This document shows, one piece after another, positions 41,339 to 54,889 of a stretch of DNA of 64,000 nt. The DNA comes from the human T2T-CHM13v2.0 reference genome, Homo sapiens. Each line of letters begins with the position of its first letter. Position 1 is the stretch's first letter. Under the pieces are notes generated by a model that saw only the letters and a program-made list of their open reading frames with translations, was not told the DNA's origin and made no database searches. The position numbers were made by a program, and so were the translations under genes. The stretch lies in the NCBI RefSeq assembly GCF_009914755.1, contig NC_060925.1. One strand, 5' to 3'.

Positions 41339-43500
41339 CCTGGCTAGTATCTTCTGAGGACTCAGCTTCTAAGCAGTCTTTGTGTTCCCCACAATGAGAT
41401 TAAATACCATTTCTGTGAATTTCTTTAGCACTTGGTACTTACCTTTTAATGAGACTTTATATATTATATTGTCTCCTTAATTGATTGTCTTCCACAATCA
41501 ATGGTAAACTTTTGAAGCCAAAGACTGGGCTTTGCCTCCCTAAAAGTTACCACAGTGCCTAGCACTTAGGGAGTACTCACTGAACCAGCAAGATAGGAAG
41601 TGAGGCAAAAAATTTCCACACATCTGATTTGCAAAAGGTTTAGCATTTTCAGTGATATTCAATAGGAAACAAGAAAACAGTCTGTCAATTTACTAAATAG
41701 ATGATTCGATCTGAAAATGACAAAATGGCTATACTTTGCCTCAATAAGGAGAATTTACAATGAGTCAAAATCATATTTGAGAAGTGAGGAGGGTGTTTTT
41801 AGCCTTTTCACAGCCTCTTTTAGAGAAGATGAATTGGACAGGGCTCTGGGACAAGTGTCTCTGTAATAATGGGGTGTGTGAGAATTGAGTGCTGTTGAGG
41901 TGATTAGAGCATGGGGTGGCTGGTTCGAACAGCTGGCTTCTATTCCTGACTCACCCTGGATTCACTGTGACCTCTGGCAAATCACTTACCTTCTGAGGCT
42001 CTTTTAAGTGAGCTTTAAAATAAGGATGGCAATTGCGATCATGTAAACATATGGAATGTGATGAGGACTAATTTTAAGATAAGCGTTTAAAGAGATTTTC
42101 ATGAAAGCTATTATTTACTTTAAGTGTTGTGAACATTACAAACTGGCAAACAGGCCATGTTAGCTAAAACAAAGAAAGATAAACTAATTCAAATTAGTAG
42201 ACTCAACCTCATTAAGTTTGGATACAAATATCTTTTTTCTCTGGTAAATAAAGCCAGATGTATAGAAAGCAAACTGCTTTGTAAAAATAAATCATGATTC
42301 ATTTCAACTTTTTTTTCCTTGATCCATTTTGTTTCTTTCTATAGAGAGTTAACTGGGAAGTTGATCTTTGGAGAGAGGTTGGATATGAACCAAAATAGCA
42401 GAAGGAGAGAGTGTAAGGGAAGTAGAGTTGACTTCACCAGTCCTTGGAGGGTTTTGAAAGAGAAAATAGAACTAGAGCCTACACTCTATTATCTACATGA
42501 ATTGCAGAGGAAAGTAGCAGAGCAGCTCCAGAATGTCCATTTGTGGGGCTTAATGGTGGTGGTATTGTTGGAATGGGTGCTGGTGGCAAAGATGCTTGAA
42601 GTTACACCTGCAGAGCAATTTATTTTAAATTATAAAATTAAAGTTAGATATTTCAAAGGATGGTGGGACAGAACTGATTGAGTTACAGCCTAAAACCTCC
42701 AGTTTCGCTCTTACACACCCTTAGCTGCCACTGGGTACTAGGGACAATGAAAGCAAATCTGTGAAGCAGAAAGGGACAACTATAGATGCAGACACATCCC
42801 AGCTGAGAATGATGCCCCCTCCTTTATTTTAGAGCATTAATTCTGAAGGAAATACATAACACACTTGGATTCCTGAAACAAGTTTCTGATTTCCTCTGAA
42901 ACCACAAGACTAGTCAATTGATCCATACATCCAGATGTAGATGTTGACCAACTATTGTTTTCTCTACAGTGTGTTAAGTGGTGATGTGGGGCTACTCAGA
43001 AAAGGGAAGGGTGGGAAAGTACATGACATTGTCCCTGCAGCCAAACTGTTTATGGTTTGGCTAGTGAGGCCAGCTGTGCTGGAAAGAAACAATTGGATGA
43101 TAATACAAGAAATGTATATTCTATGATACAAAATGCTGTGGCTGGCTATGAAAGTAGAGACATTTAGGGATAGAAGTATTTAGTATTTAAGGCTATTATG
43201 GAAAATATGAGACTTCAGCTGGACCTTGAGAGAGATTTAAGTTAGCAGAGAGGAGGAATAAGCCAGAAATGGCAAATATGTATATCTGCACACTGTCTCT
43301 TCCTTTGACCGTGGCAGACGTTATTAATCAATCACTCTGGAACAGATTTGTCTTTCCTCAGAGAACTACCCACGTCCTGCTTTCTGGGATTTATTTAAGT
43401 CACTGGCTTATTTCCCTATTTAACTACAGACTCCTCTAGTGTTCAGGTAAGCCTTGTTTACTTCTGTACCTACTGAGTTTGGCACATAGAAGAGGTTCAC

Positions 43501-44085
43501 TGTGGCAGCCACAGAGGTGCACTGCTGGATCTTGCTTCAAGAAAGAACTTCTCATTCAGCTGCAAGGAATGCAGTGAGCTGAGAGTCTCTTTGGGGGATC
43601 TGCTGCTGCAGTCTTTGAGCCAAGGTCATGCTCTTCCAGGCAGCCCCCAGCCAATGACTGAGCACGGTGGGGGAAACTAGGGTGTGGCCATTTGCACCAT
43701 ATGCGGGACACCTCTAAAGGGCAGTCTAATCTGGGGCTCCCCATTGGGTTGGATGAGTATTTGCCAGATGCGCATTACAGTCTGAGACTCTCCCTGCCCA
43801 GTCCTGCCTCCTCTTCGTTTTTCACAAGTGTGACCTCCCAGTTAACCTCTCATATTCCTAGCTGGGTTTCCATGTCTGCCTCCAGGTCACATTCCTAGCT
43901 GGGTTTCCATGTCTGCTTCCAGGTCACATTCCTAGCTGGGTTTCCATGTCTGCTTCCAGGTCACATTCCTAGCTGGGTTTCCATGTCTGCTTCCAGGTCA
44001 CATTCCTAGCTGGGTTTCCATGTCTGCTTCCAGGTCACATTCCTAGCTGGGTTTCCATGTCTGCTTCCAGGAGGACTTGGCATTG
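43501..44085 (+). mobile_element. LTR16-like ERVL solo LTR
   Basis: TGTGGCAGCCAC...GAGCCAAGGTCATGCTCTTCCAGGCAGCCCCCAGCCAATGACTGAGC...GTCTGCTTCCAGGAGGAC. Confidence 0.8.
43850..44071. repeat. Minisatellite, 6.0 x 37 bp (TCACATTCCTAGCTGGGTTTCCATGTCTGCTTCCAGG)
   Basis: Head-to-tail copies start at 43850, 43887, 43924, 43961, 43998 and 44035; copies 2-6 are identical and copy 1 has 2 substitutions. Confidence 0.98.
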
Positions 44086-45098
44086 ACTTAGCAAAAGTTT
44101 ATGGGATTGAATGGAGTTAGTGATAAGTTTTCGTCGGGTCATTCATTCCATGATGTCTACTTCCAGGTTGTGACTTCATTCTTTTATTCTACAAGCATCC
44201 TGAGCACTGACAAAGTTTTGGGCTCTGAGATAGATGTTGGAAAGTCAAAGATGAATAAGGCTGATCCTCAACTTCCACAAGATACACTCACAGACATAGA
44301 TGTAGAAAATGAGACTCGAGAGACGAGCAACTCGTTCAAGGCTTTCTTAAGTGGCTAACATGTTTAGAATCCAAAAAAGGGTTTCGGTTCCAAAGTATGA
44401 ATCCTTTCCACACTGATTTTCTGCTCTGTAACATTTGCAGTAGAACCCGTGTAGTTAAACACACTAGCGTTCACATGACTTGGTCCTGGTTTCGTATTCT
44501 TATAGTTCAGTGTTAGTGGTCTTTGGAACACTAACCACTCAAGTGTCCTTCATGGAATGAGCATGCTAAATATATTAAGAGAGGTTTCTTGGTTGGGGTT
44601 TGGGGGAGTCTTTTATATGCTAAGGAACATTGTGCATTTGCAAGAACAGGTCGAGTAGACCGTATTATCCGAAGTTACATGGTGTAAGAATTATTTCACA
44701 GAATATCTTTGAGGAATGCTCTTCTACCCAGTTAAATTAAATGATAGAATATTATTTACTACAACATCCATTCAAATTTTTCTATCTGCTAGTCCCTGGA
44801 ATCCTGTGAAGGAAGCACTCTTATTAACCCTATTTTTCCGATGAGGAATCTGAGGCACAGAGGTTGGATAATTTATCCCAAGCTACACAGATGGGAAGTG
44901 GTACCATGCCCTGTCTCATTCGCCTGCACTCCCCCACCTCCCATCGTCTTTTATGTGCTGAAACCTTTGAGCCTGCCCCTTAATTCACTAAGGGTGTATT
45001 CTCGGTGCATGTGAAAGAATGAAAATTGCCTGGCTCATCCACAGGGACCATGGATTCTGTGCAGTTCAGTGAGATGTATACACAAAAACCTGAAAAGA

Positions 45099-45430
<332 letters not shown>

Positions 45431-45674
45431 AAAAGCCTGAAAAGAAGACTGGTTTGAATGGTGTTTGGTGGAGGGATAAGTTGGCCCAGCATTAATGCTT
45501 CCCTCTGGCAATCTGGCAAAGAGGGCTTCTCTCTTTAGAGGGCATACCTGGGGCTAACTCTTCCCTTTCACAGTGCCCCTTCATCTCCCTTTTTATACTC
45601 TCTTCTGTCTTCAAAAGCCTCAGGACCTGTCCCCCACACCCCAAAACGTACCATCAGATGGAAGCAGACAGAAT

Positions 45675-45890
45675 ATAAGAGCAAGGGCTTTACAATCAGA
45701 CACCTGGATTTAGATCTTCCCCTTATCACTTGCCAATTGTTCAAGTTGCTTAATCTTTCTAAGCCTCAGTTTTCACTTGAGTAACATGGGGCCATAAAAA
45801 AGGTCAACATTATAAGGTTATGGTAATGATTCAAGAAAATAATATATGTAATGCACTTAGTACATAGTGCACACTTAATAAATGGTGTTG
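45675..45890 (+). mobile_element. MIR
   Basis: GGGCTTTACAATCAGACACCTGG...CTTAATCTTTCTAAGCCTCAGTTTT...AATAAATGGT. Confidence 0.8.
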
Positions 45891-46319
45891 GCTGTGAAGG
45901 CTTCTCTCTCTAGCTGTTTCTGAAATTAGATAGTGACTTCTTAAACTGAATATCCTTCCAAATGCAAGGAGAGAAAAATCTAATTTCAGGCACTGTGCAA
46001 GTAATAGGAAAAGGAGAAAATATATTGCAAAAGGGATGGTGGCCTATAGACCCTCCCCCAAACATAGCCTCTAAAGCCAGGACTGCCGCAGATCACTCTC
46101 ACCTGTAAAAGAGACTGTGTCTTTAGTTTATCTGTGATGACTTCAGGCTCCGCAGTACCAGGTAATCCTCATTCTTAGTGGGTTTGTTGGCCATTGGCCT
46201 GTGTTTTCTACTGTCCCCTCAATACCTAGCTGATAATTTGAGTCTTTGAAGAGGCAGACAATGAGAGTTTTAGTTGGCTCTAATGTCTATTCTGTGGCTT
46301 TATTTGCCTCTTTCCCAGA

Positions 46320-46610
46320 GATTGAGCATTTGTGTCTACGGGCATAAGATCGATTACCACATTGTGCCGTGGAAATGAAAGGGAAACATTCTTTCTTTCC
46401 TCTCTGGCTCTGCCTGGCATTGAGTGCCCTCCTTTGCTTAGCAAATGGCCTAATCCGAGCGGTTGCATGGCCTGAACGCGTGGACACAGCAACCGTAATT
46501 GCACACTTATCTCAGACAAAAAAATAAATGAAGTTGCCATCTAATTTATTCAGGTGTCTCTTAAAATGTGGCATTTCATGTAATGATTTGATTTCTAGGA
46601 ACTAAAAAGT
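46320..46610. promoter_or_regulatory. Candidate conserved non-coding element / enhancer
   Basis: Non-repetitive; 8 CpGs in 46339-46495; TAATCC, ATCGAT, TAATTG and CTTATCT motifs. Confidence 0.4.
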
Positions 46611-48864
46611 AACTATGCATGCTTTGTTAGGAAAATTACTTCAGCACAAAATGAGGCTGCTTTTTTTTATTTTCCCCAGCCACAGTAACTAATAGCTTCA
46701 GATATAAGATAAAAATAAGGTATTTTGTAATTAATATTTTAATTTACTAAGAAGGGAGCTAAATGGTGACTAGACTTCTCTTCCCCTTGATAATAATGAA
46801 CCCAGGCAATTTCAAATGAAGAAGAGCAGCCAAGAGTTTAATACCTTTGATTAAGAACGTGTTTCCACAGTGGCTATTATGTTCCTATTTAAAAGAGCAA
46901 AACAAAACTCAGGCTTATTTTATTTTGGAACTGCAGGGGGTCTTATGGCATCAAAAGAGGACAAGAAAATGTTTAGAGGTAATTAAAAGCAATTTGCCTC
47001 ATCAGGCCTTTTTTTCTCCTCCTTTTTTCTCTACTCCTCTTTCTCTCCACAGTACTTGCTAATTGCCACTTCAGTGACCTGAGAATTTTTTTTTTTTTTC
47101 CTGATGTAACTTGCCTATTTGGCTGTTGCTCACACTTATAATTGACTGCATAAATCAATGAATCTCCATTAGTTCATTTTAAAAACAGAACATTTATAAG
47201 ACTCCCTGTCTTTAAGGAGAGCTAAAGGCAAGAAACTAACAAGCCTGAGTACTAACCGTATACCAGGTGCTTTACACATGCTGATGTATTTCATCTCCGA
47301 AAGAATGCCATGAAGTCCCTATAATAGAACTGGGAACAGGTGCAGTTTGCTTGGGGTCCCACTGCGTAGGGTGAGATTAGAACTCCAAACTTTGTTTTCC
47401 CTTTATTACCTCTTTTCCTTAAGTCTTCTCTGTCTCTTTATTCATTTTTTTAAAGTTTCCATTTATAATTTTCATTCGTTCCTTTTATTTGAATGCCCCT
47501 GGCATGCATTTAAGCTGATAATATTTAGGTTGCAAAAAGCGGACTTGGAGACTCTCAGAAAAGGCACTGTGAAAAGTCATTCACAGCAGCTTCCCCAGGG
47601 ACTGAGAAAACTCAGTCACCTCTAGGAAATTTTTAGCTAAAGTTTTAAAATAATAGAACTTGGGGTAGGAACTTAGCACCTGAAATGGAAGGTGTTTTAA
47701 TTCGACATCATGTTTTCAACCCTGGAAATTGATAATAAATGGCATCACACTCTCCGATAAAGTGACCTCCTGGGAAAAGGAGTTGTCTAGAAACTTTTGA
47801 CCTCAAGGTTTACACAGGTTTTCTTTAAACTCAGGTCAATTGAACAGCATGGACTAAAGTGTCGCATGCTGAGTAAGTGTAGGAAAGTGATGCTGAATTA
47901 AATAAAAGATTAAATTGTGTATTTTGATAGAGAAACCCGCAATGACCATACGTTTGGAATAGGGTGGTTTTCCTGCTGGCTTGCAAGAGGGGTGGCACAG
48001 GAGATAATGGGGACAAAGAACAATAGTTGCACATTAATTCTTCTGCTAGATAGAATATAGAAAAATAAGGGAAAACATCTCAATCTGATCAAATATACGA
48101 ACCTTAGAGAAGTAAGAAGTAGCTTTATTCTCCCTTTTGGGTTTGCTTTCTACTAAACTCCTTACTAATCCCAAAATCGCAACACATACACACTCCCAAC
48201 CAATGTGTGCCCAGAGTTTGGGTTTTCAACTTTTGTTTTTATAGCTTTGAGTTTTAACTTCATTTTACGTGCAGAAAGAGCCAAATATTTGCATGTAAAG
48301 CACATTTGGTCCAACTTCTAATTTCAAGAGAATTTAAAACAATATTAGAGATAAAGAAAGATTTTGGAGAGTAAAAGAGATGAGGATTAGCGGAACATCC
48401 CGAGAACGTCCTGACAGTCAGCTTAACCTGCCCCTCAGCTTCTAAGGATGAGGAGGAAGGACGTAACTTTTAGCCTGAACATTCTCAAAAAGGGAGAAAG
48501 CTGAGTAAACTAGTTTTTAGTTCTATTTCTCCACCACCCTTTGTTCTGTGTCCTGGGAGATGTTTGCAATCCCTAGAAATCTGTCATTTTATATCCTAGG
48601 AACTCTACTTAGATTTTGACTACTGATCAAAATTGATCCATCCTATTTGGAGAAAACATTCAAGAACTTGGAATTAGTCAGAGTTGAAAATGAGCCTGTG
48701 GATTGAGAAGGTAAATACTTTTGAATGATAAACTGCAAGTGAAATACAAAATTCTAAGTTTGGGTTAATTTTGAGATCACAAGCATCCTACATATGACAT
48801 GGTTTTGGATAAAAGTATTTTTATGCCGAGAGGTGGATGCAGTCCTGTGGACTGAATATTTTCT

Positions 48865-49280
48865 GTTTCTTCAGCCTGATCTCCTGTGATTCTCCTCCTC
48901 ACTCACTTGGATCCAACCACATGGGCCATCTTCCTGCTTCTCTAACCTGCTAGGCTCCTTCAGACCCAGCCCTGGCACCCATGGTGCCTTCAGTCTACAA
49001 CACTTCTCCTGGATCTCTACAGCTTCCTTTTGGGGCTAATTACTGCTCATTTGTCAGACTACTAATTGTTTCTTGTTTTGTTCTCATACCACCTTGTATG
49101 TTTCTTTATAGGACATATAACCATAATTGAAAATTATTTGTGTCATTCCTTCTTTAATATCAGCCTCTTTCAGTAGATTATAAGAATCATGAGGGTAGAG
49201 GTTGTAATTTATCTTGTTTACCATTATTTGGTAGTTGTAAGCTGTAGCCAGTCCTTGATAAATCGTTATATGAATGAGTG
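48865..49280 (+). mobile_element. L2 3' fragment
   Basis: CTCCTCCTCACTCACTTGGATCCAACCACA...TAGATTATAAGAATCATGAGGGTAG...TGAATGAGTG. Confidence 0.65.
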
Positions 49281-50102
49281 TATTACTAGTACTGAGGCTT
49301 CAAAAATAGGAGAAATATTTAACTGCCTGAGGCAACTGAAGTGAAAGTCACATCTTCATATTGAGGATGAAATAGCTGCAGGATTCTAAGTGCTAAAAAC
49401 AAAGGAAAATGGACGTTGAATACACATTGAGTAGTGAGGAGTGCTGGAGAGATAGAAAATAAGCAACATTGACTATCTGATATTTAGGTAGAGAACAAAG
49501 ATTGAGGTTTACCTGGGATCATTGCATACAGGTAACAGAAGGGGATTGTAGATAGAATCAGTTTAATGGTACCTTACAGAAAGTCCCTAGTATCAAACAC
49601 GCTATCCGTGGTAAGACAAGTCTGTCAGTAATTTCCTGACCTTCCGACAAAGGCTGGGAGCTATGGACTCAGTGTTGTCTACTCACATGCACAGAATGCA
49701 ATATTTCTCATCCTTTGGGTTTCTGGGATACCTGACGTTTACACCCTTCTCTGGGAAGGTTGCTCTGAGTGATGTGCCTTTCCTCTGTAACCCCATAGTG
49801 GCCTCTATAATTATCATTACATATATTTACCTATTTGTTTCCTCTGCTAGACTGCAGGCTTCTTAATGGTAGTGATTTTTTCAATTGCCTATAAATTCCC
49901 ATGACTAATTTAATTCCTAGCATGACACACCTGATCGCCAAACTTATTTGAACTCATTTTAATTAAATACTTGTTTCATTTTTCAAAGTAAATAAATTGG
50001 TTGGAAAATGGTTGAGTTCATGTAAGGGGTGCCTAGCAGAGTAGATTATACAGTTAAAACTTAATATGTTTTGTTGTTTAACCAATCTCAGTCATAGATA
50101 CT

Positions 50103-50555
50103 TTGGTAGATTGATTACAAAAATCACCCAGTTGTTCAGATCTCCCTGTATTTACGTCCCCCACAAGGTATCTTTGCAGGATCTCCCATCAAGAGATGGA
50201 GTCTCTCTACCCAATCCTTAAGTCTTGGCTGGACTTAGAATTTACTTTAGTCACAAGAATGTGACAGAAATGGTGGTGTGCCAGTTGCAAATCTAGATCT
50301 TTAAAATTCTAGTTACACTGTGAGCAAGTCTAGACAGCCATAGCCATTCTAGCTGAGCTGAGGTCATCCTAGACCAACCAGTTCCCAGCTGACCTGATAG
50401 CTGACCACAGATGTGTTGATTGAGCCCAGCTGGGACCAGAACTACCCAGTTACACTCAGCCCAATTTGCTGACCTGCAGAATTGTGAGCTGAACGATTGA
50501 CTGTTTTTTTGAGTCATTACACTTTGTAATGTAATGTAGCAAAAGTTAATTGTTT
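50103..50555 (+). mobile_element. MLT1G/H-like MaLR LTR
   Basis: TGGTAGATTGATTACAAAAAT...CTCCCATCAAGAGATGGAGTCT...CAGCCCAATTTGCTGACCTGCAGAATTGTGAGC. Confidence 0.8.
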
Positions 50556-50764
50556 CTAATATGCTATTTTTAATTTGCTTAGTTAAAATAGCTGACAGTA
50601 TATTTTGCCAAAAATAAAGGTGATGAGATCTGACCCAAGCATAGTACATCCCTTGGAGAGTCCTATATGGAATTACCTTGGAAGTAGAGGACTTGAGACA
50701 TGAGAAAATTTGAATATTTCCTTGAGCGACAAAGGAAAACATCTTTCTTAGAAAATAAACAATA

Positions 50765-51093
50765 GGCCGGGTGTGGTGGCTCACGCCCTTAATCCCAGCA
50801 CTTTGCTAAACTGAGGTAGGCAGATCACTTGAACTCAGGAGTTCGAGACCAGCCCGGACAACATGGTGAAACCTTGTCTCTACTAAAAAATACAAAAATT
50901 AGCTGGGCGTGGTGGCACATGCCTGTAATCCCAGCTACTCGGGAGGCCAAGGTATGAAAATTGCTTGAACCCAGGAGGTGGAAGTTGTAGTGAGCTGAGA
51001 TCTCACGACTGCACTCCAGCCTGGGCAACAGAGCGAGGCTGTTTCAAAATAAAATAAGATAAAATAAAAATAATAATAATAAAATAAAAATAA
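50765..51093 (+). mobile_element. Alu (older, AluJ/S-like), (TAAAA)n tail
   Basis: GGCCGGGTGTGGTGGCTCACGCC...GATCACTTGAACTCAGGAGTTCGAGACC. Confidence 0.93.
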
Positions 51094-51227
51094 AGAGTGG
51101 CTAATAAATAAGCAGACTGTATGAGGCATCTCAAGAAGAGTGCAAGCTTCCTCAAAATTGGAGGTGATTTCTGAGGGCCAATCAAACATAAAGGTGAGAT
51201 GACTTGATATCTTGGTACACAAGATAA

Positions 51228-51551
<324 letters not shown>

Positions 51552-51939
51552 AAGATAAGCTTCTTATACAATGGTTGGTAAGAGTCTGCATGAGTTACTG
51601 ACAATTACAATCTATCAGTATTTGAGAAGAATAAACATCATAAACAAATAATTATAAGCCATGAAATAAAAATCAAAAGTAATTTCAAGAAAAGAGAATT
51701 AAGGAGCAAGATCTGTAAGGATGAAGAATGTAAATAGCCCTTCTGCTGCAAAGTGTGGAGATCTGAATTTGCTTTCTACCATCACTACTTTTTGGTTTGA
51801 AGAAAGTTACTGAGCCTTAGGTTCTTCAGGTGGAAATTGGGTTACTATAACTCTGTTTTACTGAGAAAATCATTTAAGATAATGGGCAGGAAAGCTAGAG
51901 AGCTGACACAATGACTCTTAATATCTAAGTTTGACATTA

Positions 51940-53900
51940 GAATACGAGTGGTGAGAGAGGGCATCTTGTTTTCTGCTGGTTTTCAAAATAAATGTTTCCA
52001 GCTTTTGCCTATTCAATATGATATTGTCTGTGGGCTTGTCATAAATAGCTCTTATTATTTTGAGATATGTTCCATCAATACCTAGTTTATTGAGAGTTTT
52101 TAACATGAAGGGATGTTGAACCCAAAGGCCTTTTCTGCATCTATTGAAATAATCTTGTGGTTTTTGTCCTTGGTTCTGTTTATGTGATGGATTAAGTTTA
52201 TTGATTTGTGTATGTTGAACCAGCCTTGAATACCAGGGATGAAGCCAACTTGATCGTGGTGGATAAGCTTTTTGATGTGCTGTTGGATTTGGTTTGCCAG
52301 TATTTTACTGAGGATTTTCACATCGATGTTCATCAGGGATACTGGCCTGAAGTTTTCTTTTTTTGTTGTGTCTCTGCCACGTTTTGGTATCAGGATGATG
52401 CTGGCCTCATAGAAGGAGTTAGGGAGGAGTCCCTCCATTTCAATTGTTTGGAATAGTTTCAGAAGGAATGGTATCAGCTCCTCTTTGTACCTCTGGTATA
52501 ATTCGGCTATGAATCCGTCTGGTCCTGGACTTTTTTTGGTTGGTAGGCTATTTATTAATGCCACAATTTCAGAACTTGTTATTGGTCTATTCAGGGGTTC
52601 GACTTCTTCCTGGTTTCGTCTTGGGAGGCTGTATGTGTCCAGGAATTTATCAATTTTTTCTAGATTTTCTAATTTATTTGCGTTGAGGTGTTTATAGTAT
52701 TCTCTGATGGTAGTTTGTATTTCTGTGGGGTCAGTGATTTATCATTTTTTAATTGTGTCTATTTGATTCTTCTATCTTTTCTTCTTTATTAGTCTAGCTA
52801 GCAGTCTATCTATTTTGTTAATTTTTTCAAAAAAACACCTCCTGGATTTGTTTATTTTTTTGAAGGGTTTTTTGTGTCTCTGTCTCCTTTAGTTCTGCTC
52901 TGATCTTAGTTATTTCTTGTCTTCTGCTAGCTTTTGAATTTGTTTGCTCTTGCTTTTCTAGTTCTTTTAATTTTGATATTAGGGTGTCGATTTGAGATCT
53001 TTCTAGTTTCTGATGTGGGCGTTTAGTGCTATAAATTTCCTTGTTAATACTGCTTTAGCTGTGTCCCAAAGATTCTAGCAGGTTGTCTCTTTGTTCTCAC
53101 TGGTTTCAAAGAGCTTCTTGATTTCTGCCTTAATTTCATTATTTACCCAGGAGTCATTCAGGAGAAGGTTGTTCAATTTCCATGTAGTTGCGCAATTTTG
53201 GTGAGCTTCTTAATCCTGAGTTCTAATTTGATTGCACTGTGGCCTGAGAGACTGTTTGTTATGATTTCAGTTCTTCTGCATTTGCTGAGGAGTGTTTTAC
53301 TTCCAAATATGTGGTAGATTTTAGAAAACGTGCCACGTGGCACTGAGAAGAATGTATATTCTGTTGATTTGGTGTGGAGAGTTCTGGAGATGTCTATTAG
53401 GTCCATTTGATCCAGAGCTGAGTTCAAGTCCTGAATATCCTTGTTAATTTTCTGTATCATTGATCTAATTTGACAGCATGGTGTTAAAGTCTCCCACTAT
53501 TATTGTGTGGTAGTCTAAGTCTCTTCGTAGGTCTCTAAGGACTTGCTTTATGAATCTGGGCGTTTCTGTATTGGGTGCATATATATTTAGGATAGTTAGC
53601 TCTTCTTGTTGCACTGATCTCTTTACCATTATGTAATGCTCTTCTTTGTCTTTTTTGATCTTTGTCGGTTTAAAGACTGTTTTGTCAGAGATTAGGATTG
53701 CAACCCCTGCTTTTCTTTTTTTTTTTTTTTTGCTTTCCATTTGCTTGGTATGTATTCCTCCATACCTTTATTTTGAGCCCATGTGTATCTTTGCATGTGA
53801 GATGGGTCTCCTGAATACAGCACATCAATGGGTCTTGACTCTCCAATTTGCCAGTCTGTGTCTTTTAATTGGGGCATTTAGCCCATTTACATTTAAGGTT
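51940..53900 (-). pseudogene. Disrupted L1 ORF2p (APE endonuclease, Z-domain, RT N-terminus)
   Basis: Frameshifted ORFs: KAGVAILISDK...TIIVGDFNT (53465-53740); DLNSALDQMDLIDI...SGHSAIKLE (53173-53460); KKSPGPDGF...[12 protein letters not shown]...SIDAEKAF (52100-52564); [11 protein letters not shown] (51918-52106). Confidence 0.92.
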
Positions 53901-54253
53901 AATATTGTTATGTGTGAATTTGATCCTGTCATTATGATGCTATCTGGTTATTTTGCACACTAGTTGATGCAGTTTCTTCATAGTATCATTGGTCTTTACA
54001 TTTTGGTGTGTTTCCGCAGTGGCTGGTACTGGTTTTTCCTTTCCATATTTAGTGCTTCCTTCAGGAGCTTTTGTAAGGCAGGCCTGGTGGTGACAAAATC
54101 CCTGAGCATTTGCTTGTCTGGAAAGGGTTTTATTTCTCCTTCACTTATGAAACTTAGTTTGGCTGGACATGAAATTCTGTTTTGAAAATTCCTTTCTTTA
54201 AGAATGTTGAATATTGGCCCCTACCCTCTTCTGGCTTGTACAGCTTCTGCTGA
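51940..54253 (-). mobile_element. L1PA internal fragment (ORF1 3' end, inter-ORF, ORF2 endonuclease to start of RT), lacking both termini
   Basis: L1PA-like antisense sequence throughout; no poly(A) tail; inserted in a MIR. Confidence 0.95.
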
Positions 54254-54889
54254 AACAATGACTAGGTAATTTTCAATGATCAGCTCCCTGACAGTCATAT
54301 AGAATATATATATTTTTTCATCCATGGTTTCTGTCATTTATGTCAGCCTTTCCCCTGCCATTGTCCTTCTCCTCACTTTCCTCCAGAACAACCTTGCTTA
54401 TTGCAGACAGTGGTAAAGCTTTTTTTTTTTTGCTGAGGTTGGGATGTTCAATAACCCTATGAATCAGGGTGATGATACAGCTTCACCTGTTTGTGAAAGT
54501 TTCTTCTTTTATATCCCCCTGATACACTCCAGGCCACTGAATGGCAAAGGTGTGTTAGAGAACAGATGTGCCCGGTGCTATTTTGTTACCTTATCTTTGG
54601 GATTAAGATTTTTTTTCAAGGAGGGACCAAAAAGACATGATAATATTTTGAAACTTTCTTTTCTGTATTTTAAATTTCCATTAGTTCATTCTGCACCACA
54701 GTTCCCACCCATTGAGTCATGACATTCTTTTCTTGAGGGGCAGCCAAGAACAAAGGAGACCATGTTCAGTTTTTGAATTCCGAAACCTGCTCTTGAAGCT
54801 AATTTCGAAGGCAGTGGTAGTGAAAAGCCAAGGCATTCACTTGCAATACCTAGGCTTGTTGAAAGAGAAATCGGAAGCATTCCTTTAAA

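Noticed and set aside
43850-44071. 37-bp repeats of CRISPR-like length
   Set aside because: The copies are head-to-tail with no spacers, there are no cas genes, and the context is a primate LTR. It is a minisatellite.
51918-53740. Endonuclease / reverse transcriptase ORFs as a novel RT system
   Set aside because: They are ordinary L1 ORF2p fragments, frameshifted and truncated before the catalytic RT motif.
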